Both the position numbers and the translations under genes were made by a program. From Oculina patagonica (taxonomy: Eukaryota): a stretch of DNA of 64,000 nucleotides. The notes under the pieces are model-generated. The model did not search any database. It was not told where the DNA came from and was given only the letters and a program-made list of their open reading frames with translations. The stretch lies in contig NC_135762.1 of assembly GCF_052425735.1 (NCBI RefSeq), positions 27,652,001 to 27,716,000 on the forward strand. The letters are read 5' to 3'. This document shows positions 24,230 through 34,880 of this stretch, piece after piece. Numbering within the stretch: position 1 is the first letter of the stretch; the number at the start of each line of letters is the position of its first letter.

Positions 24230-24630
24230 TCTCCGCAAAATGACATTTAACGTCCCCTAACTTTCGCCACCACAGCCAAACTTGACTACATCCAGCGGTA
24301 AATATGTGTCAACTCTTGAAGAGGGACTGGTATCTATCTTCCCTGCGGGGGTAGGGGGAGGTAGTGGTGGTTCGTAATCACATTTTCTTATAACAGCTCA
24401 ACCAGAGTTACCAAAGGTTTATCAGAACATTTCAAAAATTTCTTTTTCTTACATTTTTACCATCTAAGTGTAACTTGTTTTCTTTTTTTACCGTTTTCAA
24501 GCCAGAAATGATCTTTGTATTGTTTTGTTCACCCCACCCTAGACCTGAGGAGGAAAAATTGTCCATCGAGCCTGGTTACTAAGCAAGTTACAAACTCGAC
24601 TCTTTCTCTTTCCTTCCATCTTCGGCGAAG
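24230..24630. promoter_or_regulatory. Shared divergent promoter region (transporter/RPL9) with a polypyrimidine TCT/TOP initiator and RPL9 non-coding exon 1
   Basis: CTCTTTCTCTTTCCTTCC at 24600-24617, then donor AAG|GTAAT at 24631; typical ribosomal-protein gene start. Confidence 0.7.
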
Positions 24631-25098
24631 GTAATAATCTTGTTTGATATCCACGAACATTTACCTCTTCGCTGTATCATCCATCGCTATTTAGTAAATA
24701 TCTATGAAATACATAAACATATTTATTTTTGTCATAGCTTATTTTGTTCCAATCGCCCCTTTGAAATGAAGAATCATCTTGCTAAGTCACAAGATGAACT
24801 TGCATGTTCGGTGTCCGCAGAGTCTCATGGCCGTGTATTTATTTTTGTATGAAACAACTCGCTTGACTCACTAACGTTTAGAACACATGTGGATGTCAGA
24901 AAAATGATTAAAACAGGAGATTTAGTCCCTAATACGACCAAACTACAGTAAAAATAATTGTCAACATGTAAGTTGTCTTTCACGAAAATAACCTCTTATG
25001 AAAATATCTGATGGAAGTCCCAATACGTTTTTCTGGACTATTCAGCGTCTCTCACACAGCAAACGAGTTGCCTATTGTTATAAACTTTTTATTTACTA

Positions 25099-25274
25099 CA
25101 GTGGAACCCCGATATAACGATCTTCGATATAACGATATTCCCGATATAACGATGAATATGTTATGTCCCGGCAATAGTAAAATGTATGGGACGGAACCCC
25201 GATATAACGATTCCTCGATATAACGATATAACTTTACTGCCCCCTTGGCATATCGTTACATCGGGGTTCCACTG
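25099..25274. mobile_element. Tc1/mariner-type MITE in RPL9 intron 1
   Basis: TA|CAGTGGAACCCCGATATAACGA...TCGTTACATCGGGGTTCCACTG|TA. Confidence 0.8.
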
Positions 25275-25690
25275 TATGTAGATCATTACTGTACATGTCA
25301 TATTGGAGTAACATCATTTTTTTTAACATTTACCACACTACATAAACTTTTCTGAACGATAAAAGTCAGAAAGCTTATGAAGACATCAGTCTTCTATTAG
25401 CCTAACCTATAAAGTCAGAAGCTACTGGGAGACTAGTAGCTTTGACAATCAAAACTATATCGATGGTAATGAACAGGCCTGATTTTAGTGCAAATCGGAC
25501 AGTAACAACTCATACCTATATAATTAGACAGTCTAAACGTCATGCCTGTGTTATTGGACAGCCCAGTTGCAAAAATTATCCAATGTTTAAAAGTACACGT
25601 ACATTGTAAGAACCACTCTTAAGGTTTTGCTGTCAGGGAAAAAATATTAAATTATGTACCCTGTTTTCCATTGCAGATTGTCTTTGAGCC

Positions 25691-28600
25691 ATGAAGACGA
25701 TTCTGGCAAGTCAGACAGTTGAGATACCTGAAAATGGTACTGAAGACAGCAATGTTATTTTTGTTTGAATAATGGGCATTTTGTAGGACTGCAACAATAC
25801 ATTTGCTTACAATACAATACATATCTTTTTATTAGAGCGGTTTTCACTTGAGTGTCGAAAGTATATCGCGTTTGCTTTGGTTTTGAATTACTACGCTCAG
25901 TGATTGGCTTTAAAATCTCGCGCCACTTTCTCAGCCAATCAGAACTAAAACCAAAACCAATCGTGACTCGCTCGCGCACGTTTTCCGGCGCTTTGCGCTG
26001 GCTACATATATTTGCTTCGAGTTTTGATTGGTTCACTGGATTGTCCGTGTCTTTTGTGATTGGCCAAAGTAATTACATTAGTTTTGGTTTTACGATACTC
26101 AATTGAAAACTGCTCTATTTTTTATTAATTTTATTTTTATTTTTATTGATAATCAACACTTTACAAAATAAAAGGATAAGATTTAACCTATACTTATCTG
26201 CAATAGATTTTAACTTTCCAATTTAGTTTTTCAAGGCTTTTTTTTACATCGTATACTAAAGCATTCAAAATTATATGTACAACAGGAGTACTAACTTATT
26301 ACTTAACTTTACTTATTCTAGACGTTTTCCTCAAATGCTTTCCATTTTTGGTTGAACACATTAATCTGATTTGTCTTAAAAGCAATATATTTTTCAGTTT
26401 CGTATTTGATTTCTAAAATTTGTCTGAAGTGATCAAAGTTGGGTTTAATTCCTTTTCATTTACAGGTCCAAAGATACGTTTTTCCTAAAATTATTATGTA
26501 GTTTACCAAGTCCATTCCCTCCTTCAGAATTCCAATAATAACATCACGTAACAAAAGACACCCGCAACTACCAAGCCTATTCAAAATATTAACAGTCACC
26601 GTATTCCAAAAGGACTTTGAAAAAGTGCATTCAAACAAAAAGTGATTGATAGTTTCTCGACTCACTTGACAAAAAGTACAGTTAGGGTTTGTTATGTAGC
26701 CTATTAAACAGACGGTCATTTGAAAAGAGAATCTCTCTTTGCAATACATATCTTGATGCAAGTACCACAATGCAATACACGATATGATACATGTGTACAT
26801 CATTACATAATTTTACCAAACTGTGGTTTCGTCTCAGTTTTTTTGACACAAACCATGTGTTTTTGCTTGTGGGAACCCAAGATTTTGTCAGCTGATACTT
26901 ATTAGAACTACACATGTGTTGTGTCACATCTTGAAAAATATATCCACCTAGTGATCAGAAGCTAAGCAAGGATGGAACTTTTTTACCCTCTAAATCACTA
27001 TATCGTTATGAAATCACAATATTTACTGGCTGGAAGTATCAATCAGAGAGCTGACAACACTGCTCTGGATAAGCATTTACTGCATCTTATTGGCAATAAT
27101 TACTCACAATTAATTATTCTACCTTTTTTTGCAGTCACCATCAAGCTGAGGGGCCGTGAGGTAACAATCAAAGGACCTCGTGGTACCCTTGTACGAAACT
27201 TTAATCACTTAAAACTAGAGCTGGTTCTTGTGGGCAAAAAGAAGTTGCGTGTCGATGTGTGGTTTGCAAAACGCAAAGAACTGGCTTGTGTGAAAACCAT
27301 CTGCACTCACATTGAGAACATGATCAAGGGAGTTATCTATGTAAGTATTTACTGGACAATATTTACTGGCTGGAAGTATCATAAGCATTAGATCTGCATG
27401 TACTAAAAGTCATTTTAAACAGAAACTTAAGACATATTTATTTAGCAAGGCATTTTGTTAGTTTATATTAAGAATTTTTTTTTTCTTATAGCTAATTGTA
27501 ACTAGTGTAGGTTTCGTTTTTAATTTTCTAAAGATTGTAAATAGGTTCTTATTTTTGTATCTATCGTAATGTTTGTAATGCGCATTTGATTATTTTATAG
27601 AAAATGCGCAATATAAATATTAAATATTATTATTATTATTATTAAGTACATGTAGTTGACAGGGAAAAGTGATTGATTTTGGAAACCTCAACACCTCTCT
27701 AATACAGACACCTAAGGGACAGAGCAAAGTGTCTGTATTATAGAGGTCACTAACGATGGTGTCACTTTTTGACTCCATTGACAGCTTAAAGTGTTCAGTA
27801 ACTAAAATGATGCCCATACTTGTCTTTACTGCATCTAAATTGATTAATATGCAACATTAATACATTGTCTATCTGTAGAGTACTATATATTTTACATTTC
27901 AGCTACATGTACTGTATACAAACGAAATGATCTGCAACACAACGCTGCATGTAATAAAATAACATTACAATTCCATTTAGTTAAATGACTTTTAACAAAG
28001 TTAATCTGGGGCATTTAACATAGTTAACTGCCACGAGCTAGCGGGCGCCTTTGGCCAGCGGTCACCTGGTTAAGTGCAGGCTCACATGGTTTGTTGCAGC
28101 TTCGTTTTTTCAGCAGCGTGTTTGCTTTGAGCACTAGCGGTCGTTGTAGCGGTCTTCTTCGTGTTTTTTGAGCACTTTCCTAGCGGCTTTGCTCAGCGTT
28201 CCCCCACCCCACCCTCCCCTATTTCTTCTCCTTCCACTGATTCAATCAGTGTTGACGGGTGCCTGGAATGGGGGCTCATGGCTGGGTTGCGGGGATTTGC
28301 CAGCCATGGGAGCGGTATTCTGTCTAGGGGCTGGCTGGCCACAGTGGAAGCCCCTGGATATCCCAGGCACCCACCTTCCATTTAGCTAGGCAGCAGGTTA
28401 AAAAAATGTCCAAGGGGAATAAAGCATTGTTTTTATAACCACTCACTCACTCAACCCTGTTCGTACCCTTGGGCACACAAGGCCGTGTTTTTATAGCCAG
28501 AAACAGGAAATTGCATTACGAACAAAAACTGAGAGAGTCAGAGTCTGATCAACGGAGTGCTCACAATAAAGAGGTTATGATCATATGAATTTGCTCCATG

Positions 28601-30197
28601 GGGCTGAGATTTGGTGCGAAGTGACTGTGTGCGTTGTCCGTATTAGAGACTGAGAGGGTCCATATTATAGAGACTTCTTCTGAAGAAAATATGTGATAAT
28701 TTTGTTGGGACATCAGATATTTTCCGTAATAGAGAGGTGTCCTTACTTAGAGGTTTGACTGTATTGCGATTCTTGAGTAAAAGCTTACATTTCTGACTTA
28801 AATTTATTGTCTTTAGGGTTTTAGATACAAGATGAAGGCAGTATATGCTCATTTTCCCATTAACATCACCGTCTCAGAAGGCAACACCCTGGTAGAGATT
28901 CGTAATTTCTTGGGGGAGAAGTACATAAGACGCGTGAGAATGAGGCCAGGTGTCACCTGCACCAATTCCACTGTTAAGGATGAAATCATTCTGGAAGGCA
29001 ATGACATTGAGCTGGTTTCGAATTCAGGTTAGGTCATGACCAAATCCTTGTACTGTAGTTGCTTTCTTGTGTTGAATTATCATAAAATGCTGGTTATACC
29101 CCCCTCCCCCCCCCCCCCCTTCCACCACCATGGCTTAGTGCTCCAAATATTACCATTTGCTTTGGTTTTCATTACTACACTACACTTTGTGGCAAAGCCA
29201 CGAGTCATTCTCTCCTCATTTTTCCTCCTCATCTGCATACTTTTGACTTCTCAGGTCGCACATAGGATTTCAGGTACAAAAACCAACAACTTGCATTCAA
29301 TACACTTTGTGATTGGTTTCAAAATCTTGTGTCACTTTCTCGACCTATCAAAAGCAAAACTAAAATTTCCCACATGTTTTCTCACACGTTGTGCCACTAA
29401 ATTTGCTCACTGGGAGAAAAGACTTGAATGTTGGTGAATGAAAAAACTAGAAAAGAATTCTTGGCACTTCTGATCACATTTTTCTGTCAGGGTCAACAGT
29501 GACCCCTTCAGTTTTAATTGATTGGAACATGGTACAGGTTTAACGTTATGTCCACACTTTCACAGGGCAACCATCTTCAAAATCTTTGTTTGTCATCACT
29601 TTTTTTTTACCTTGGTTCACTGTTTTGATAAAGGGGCTTTGTCACGGATTTCAACAGATTTTTAAGCAGCCAAAATTTATATTTGTGTTGTAGGAAACCT
29701 GAAAATAATGGTCCATTTTTATTAACAATTGCTATATTAGAGCACTTAAACTGTTTACAAGCGTCCTTGGCTGCAGGAGGCTAGGATGGAAATGGATTGC
29801 AAGCTTGAAAAATTGAGGCTAAACTTTTCGAGTTGTTTCCGGGGGTCTTCAAAGTTTCAATATTTATAGCCGAAGTTTGATTTCTATCCACAAATTATAT
29901 ATTCCTTAAAATGTTCAGAGGTGATGTTTTTTATAGGTTAAAGTGCCTACCACTAATTTCAGAACAAAGACCAAATATCTGTGAAATCTTCTTGACATAG
30001 CTCCTTTTATGTCATTTTCTCAGACTTGGTAGTAATTTGTCAACAGTATGTGTGACAACTGTTCTCAACGCTCTTTTGCTCCTCATTTTACAGCTGCCCT
30101 GATTAAACAGTCAGCCACCGTAAAGAACAAAGACATCCGTATGTTCTTGGATGGTATTTACGTGTCTGATAAAACAACTGTTGTTGCTGAGGAATAA
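25691..30197 (+). CDS. RPL9: 60S ribosomal protein L9 (uL6), 188 aa
   Basis: Coding exons 25691-25736, 27135-27340, 28817-29027 and 30094-30197. Motifs: [56 protein letters not shown] at 30204. Confidence 0.97.
25834..26116. mobile_element. MITE (AGAGC..GTTTTCA family) in RPL9 intron 2
   Basis: TIRs present; homologous to 12361-12645. Confidence 0.8.
26120..26740 (-). mobile_element. L1/Tx1-type LINE 3' fragment (zf-RVT region)
   Basis: Translation [25 protein letters not shown]...[12 protein letters not shown]; A-rich tail on the minus strand. Confidence 0.75.
27480..27645 (+). mobile_element. L2-like 3' end with (ATT)n tail
   Basis: GCGCATTT...AAATGCGC stem-loop followed by ATT repeats. 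Confidence 0.5.
28030..28397. other. GC-rich, strongly self-complementary insertion in RPL9 intron 3 (TE terminus or structured RNA)
   Basis: Stems GGGTGCCTGG/CCAGGCACCC, CATGGCTGG/CCAGCCATG, AGGGGCT/AGCCCCT and CACTGATT/AATCAGTG. Confidence 0.5.
29632..30005. mobile_element. Degenerate Kolobok-like MITE in RPL9 intron 4
   Basis: AGGGGCTTTGTCA...TGACATAGCTCCT with TTAA-like flanks. Confidence 0.55.
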
Positions 30198-31166
30198 GCT
30201 TGTAATAAAATAATAAAACGTTATTGCCACTAAACAAGGTTGTGGTTTATTTTCCTTCCTTACAGCAAGAGTATTCTTCATTACAACATTGGTGCTCCCC
30301 AACTAACTGAACACCCTGAACAGGCTAACATGCACCTAGAACAATGATTATATATATCATTGTATTCTAAAACAAGAAGCTACTTAGTAGCTCGAAACCG
30401 GGTGGTTAATGTTTAACCACTCTTTTAGCTAACAAGAAAGCCTAAGGCTTTTAGACGTATACCCATTAGCGTTTTATTTCCTTTTGTTGCTGTTCAACAA
30501 GAAGTGCGTTATGTTGAAGCGTGACATGCGATATACGATACTCGGCCATTAGTATTAAAGGTCAAAGGCACTTTGATCGCTTTTGAAGACTTTGAAGGTA
30601 GAGATATCAGAGTTGCTTTCGTTCTACTTTTAAAACGCATAATATATAACTTGACTCTTTCAATTATATGTCGTACTGGTCATTTCTAACTGAGCAGCAA
30701 TTCTATTTTGCTCTGTGGTCTAAGCGATGATTTGTTGTTGAGTTAAACACACGGAAAACGCGTATAACGCACGTAATTTTAATCCCTCAAGTGGCAAGTA
30801 ATTTAAAACATTTCCTCCGTCCCATTCTCCTTCCTCCACTGAGGCAATTTCAAGTGGGTGATGAAAGATGACCTGTTTTAAGCCAATCAACATGCGTGAC
30901 CTTCAATGCCCTACCGACAAAAAAACTAAAAAAAAAAAAAAAACCGAAGGTAGATTATGAACCGGGGGGCACCAGACCCCCACCCGGTTAACAATTATTC
31001 CATGAAGGTGCGTTGGATATAAGATGGCGGATAGCCAACGAGGTACCGTAGCACAGAGTTGGCTATAACGATCTCGTATCCAACAAGTGCGAGTGGAATA
31101 CTTGTTAACCGGGCGGGGAGACTGGGCCGGCCCGGTTCATAAATCGCCCGGAATTTTTTCGTCGTC

Positions 31167-31198
<32 letters not shown>

Positions 31199-31221
31199 CT
31201 TGTCGGTAAATCGTTCCAGAC

Positions 31222-32757
31222 CCGCTCGGCCACTTTCTTGGCCAGGATTCAAATCACGCACCCTTGATGTTTACTCGGCAGAAGCTATTAAATCATTCTC
31301 CTATTTTAAATTTTATCTAATACCCTCAATTCTCTTAAGCGTGAAATATATATTTTTGTGTTATTCAAGCGTTTGAGTACTGGTTTGCGAAACCGGTGAT
31401 TTTTTTGACACGTCCAAGCAATTATTATTATTTTTTTTTTTGAAAACTGCTACGTCAGTCACGCAATGATTTTGCAGCAAGCTTCACGCATAACTGCTTT
31501 TAAAAAAAGGGCTGGTAGCCAGAGAATTTTTGAGCCGGATTACTTTGAAGATGCTCTTCATTTAATAGAAACAATTGTGTCCATTTTCATCCGTGTACAG
31601 TTGAGCCGGCAAAGTCGCGTATCAGAGACGATTGAATGTTTGCACAGCGAAATAATCTTATTTTTGTTCTTGATGTAAAAGCTTTACTTACACACTTCCC
31701 AAGACTTCAGTCGACAAAATGGTAATGTATAGTATTTCTACGAACTATGATGGTATTTGTGAAGGGATCCGCAAAGCCAGCAAGTAAAACAAATGGTCTG
31801 CAAAATGAAAATGAAATCTTGGCGCGGGTAATTTAATACATGTAATTAAATTCTACCACGGCATGCAAAATTTCACGTTTTTGAAATTTTCTAAATCTTT
31901 TTGCCTTTTAAAATGTTTCTTGACCCCATCTTGAATTAAAATTCATCTAAAACGTTTTCATGTTTCTTTTTTATTTTTTCACGTTTGTATTTAATAGTTG
32001 CCTTTTTAGGCTTTTGAAACGAACACGGCATCTATTTATAGATTGAGGCACCATGTTGATGTTTACATATTTGCGTTATTTGTCGTAGTAGTTCACTCGG
32101 CCGCTTTCTTGGCCAGGATTTAGATCCCGCACTTTTGATATTTACTCAGCAGGAGCAATTAAAATTTTATCTAATACCCCGATTTCTGTTAAACGTGAAA
32201 GATATATTTTTGTGTTTTTATTCAAGCGTTCGACTCAAGCGAGTTCTGGAGTCCGAAACCGGTGATTGTTTCGACAGGTCGCTGAGGTCGAAGCTTTTTT
32301 TACATCAGTCACGCAATGTTTTTGCAGCAAGCTCCTGCATTTAAAAACGGCTCCAGACTCTACTTTGAAGATGCTTTTCATTTAGCAAGAATTGTGTCCA
32401 TTTTGTCTATTTCCATCCGTGTACAGTTGGGCCGACAAAGTCGTGTGTCACAGACGAATTGAATGTTTACACAACAAAAGAACCTTATTTTGTTCTTGAT
32501 GTAAAAACTTTACTTGCACACTTTTCAAGAACTCATAAAACAAAATGGAAATGCAAAGTAATAATATAATAATTTCTTCAAACTAGAATGGAATGTAAAT
32601 CGGTAAAGCCATCGTGTGAAATAATAGACGGCAAAAATGAAAACTTGCCCTTCGGCGCGTATAATTAATTAAATTTTATCACGGCATCAGTATTTTCACG
32701 GCTTGGATTCAAAATTTTTAATGCAATTCAAATGTTTCTTCGCCTCATCTTGAATCT
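31222..32757. repeat. Diverged tandem duplication (~700-bp units at ~31222-31940 and ~32093-32757)
   Basis: Collinear shared blocks: CTTTCTTGGCCAGGATT, ACTTTGAAGATGCT, CATCCGTGTACAGTTG, CATCTTGAAT. Confidence 0.8.
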
Positions 32758-34073
32758 TTTTTTCACATTTAGTTGAGATTTTTAACAGCATCTGTTATCT
32801 AATACATGTGGTCTAATGCATGCCCTTTTTTAGTCTTTTTATTTTCTTTTGTAATTTCGTTTAGAAATTTTTCTGTTATTCTTGATATTTGACTCGTTTT
32901 ATTCGTTTTTTTATTATTTATGTTACTCGTTTTATTCGAGCAGGAGCCAATACTGTAATTTTCTGGTTACTCCGCTCTTTTTAGCGAGGAATATAAAATA
33001 TATATTTTTTGTTTTTCATTCAAGGGTTTTGAGTTTCAGTCGGAACCGAACGGCGATGGAGAAATGACCTGCAATGAATCACGCAATCAAGAACTTGCGT
33101 TTGCGTGACTGCTTCCCAAAATTGACGTAAAGAGCTTGCATGTTTGAAAGCTGAAAAGCTTTCTTATCTTGTTCTTATTCCCATTTTTTTGGTGTGGTAC
33201 ATTTTTAAAAATGTTTACATGTAAAAACACGTCTTAGTTTTTAACGAAATTGTTTGTTTGTTTCGGTCGGAGATCATTTGTACTGCCATTTAACTGGTTT
33301 GAGTTCATTTATTCAAGATTGCACACAAAACGTTTTCAATACCTACGTTATTCAGTATTCGGAAGAAAAATAAAAATTTGAAAGCCTAAGCAGGAATTTG
33401 TCCAAGCATGGACAAGCAATCCACAGACTTGCGTGTTACTCAATATAAATTAAATGGTATTTTAAAAGTTTTTGCTGTACTTGTCTAATAAAGTAGTTAA
33501 ACATCAACCGCCCGGTTTTAAGCATTAAGCTTTAGGCGTCTTGTTTAATTAAAAACGCCCAAAGAATTTCTATGTTCTACTATATTTGTGTCAATGGTAT
33601 ATGAGCTCATATACCATTGCCTGTTAACCAATCAAAACGCAGGAATTGCAATATACCATTGCTAGGTTTTAATATTTATTATTAAAATTTAACCATAGTA
33701 TATTGCAACTCCTGAGTTTTGATTGGATTACAGGCCATGGTTTATGAGCTCGTGTTTTTCGCAAGGTTTGAGATATTTCTTTGGGTGTTCGATGGAGTAG
33801 TTCATCTGGACAAGTCTCTCTTACATCAGGACAGACGATATCCCGCAAGATTGAGCTTGAAAAACTGTGGTTACGCTGCGCTTTGCACGATTTTTGACTT
33901 ATCCCGCAAAAACATACGTGTCTTGCAGCCCCCGTTTCCCCGCCCTGTTTTGTACGAATGACTTTCTGACCATACCATATATAGGTATCGAGCTAATTTC
34001 TTGAATTCTACTGAATAAATTTTAAACGAAAGTTAGTAGAAACTACAGTGAATAAAAAGAGCTGAGGTAGCTT

Positions 34074-34778
34074 AATGCGTGGAAAAATTGCCTGGAATCC
34101 ACAGGTGTGTCAATCTAGCCATCACGTGACGTCCTTCTTCACTGCGGCTTATTGACCTTATTCACGAGCGACGGCGAATCTGAAAGGCTGGTTTAAACTG
34201 TTAAAATACTTAGAACGATGCTGTCGATTGCAAAACGGTTTTCTAGGCGATTGGGCGTCATTGTAGTTTTATTATTGTTCGTTTGTGTCGGCAATTTTGT
34301 CAATTGCAGTTTCTATGATGAAAACCCGCCAACGGAATACACAGAGGCTAAATTGAATATAACGTACTGCGATGCCTCTGGCAAGAAATGTTTTGTAAAA
34401 CCTTACGCTGGCGATGGGAAGTTTGGCATCGATAGCCCTAAACACGGCTCAAGTGGATGGCTCTATACCTTGGTCGAAAACAACGTACATGGCTGTAAGG
34501 AATTCAACGTAGAGGTGGACAAAACCCCATGGATTGCCCTCATCGAAAGGGGAGTGTGTAACTTCAAGGAAAAGATACAAAATGCCTACAAACACAACGC
34601 TATTGCCGTGATAATTTACGACCACAAAGATAACAAAGATGAAATTATCATGTCGCACACTAACGCCGATAATATTGTAGCCGTGAGCATAACGAAATCT
34701 CTTGGAGAAGATCTAGCCCGCGCTCTTGTGAACAGAACCAAGGCTGTGTATGTAGAGATATCTGTTGGCGATAGCTAT
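34074..34778 (+). repeat. Partial segmental duplicate of 42812-43599 (promoter, 5'UTR and PA-domain part of RNF exon 1)
   Basis: Near-identical sequence from AATGCGTGGAAAAATTGC to GGCGATAGCTAT. Confidence 0.95.
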
Positions 34779-34880
34779 CCGGAACATCTTTCATCTACCA
34801 GTTCCAGGCCTTTCGCCAGTTTCAACCCGTATATGTGGCTGCTCGGCTTAGTTTTTGCCGCTCGGAGTAAATTCTGGTAA
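34218..34880 (+). CDS. PA-domain-only paralog of the RNF130/150-like ligase (signal peptide + PA domain + new 33-aa tail), 220 aa, single exon
   Basis: Intact ORF. About 17 aa differences over 187 aa versus the parent (hand count). No TM or RING. Tail: PEHLSSTSSRPFASFNPYMWLLGLVFAARSKFW. Confidence 0.7.
   Translation: MLSIAKRFSRRLGVIVVLLLFVCVGNFVNCSFYDENPPTEYTEAKLNITYCDASGKKCFVKPYAGDGKFGIDSPKHGSSGWLYTLVENNVHGCKEFNVEVDKTPWIALIERGVCNFKEKIQNAYKHNAIAVIIYDHKDNKDEIIMSHTNADNIVAVSITKSLGEDLARALVNRTKAVYVEISVGDSYPEHLSSTSSRPFASFNPYMWLLGLVFAARSKFW

Noticed and set aside
24631-30093. Intronic snoRNAs in RPL9
   Set aside because: Only partial box matches (e.g. ATGATTA...CTGA at ~24904-25011) with no convincing terminal stem or recognisable rRNA guide; a snoscan/Infernal run is needed.
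34074-34778. RNF duplicate as an uncollapsed haplotype
   Set aside because: Sharp breakpoints, unrelated flanks, an internal leader deletion and ~9% aa divergence favour a true partial duplication; long reads are still needed to confirm.
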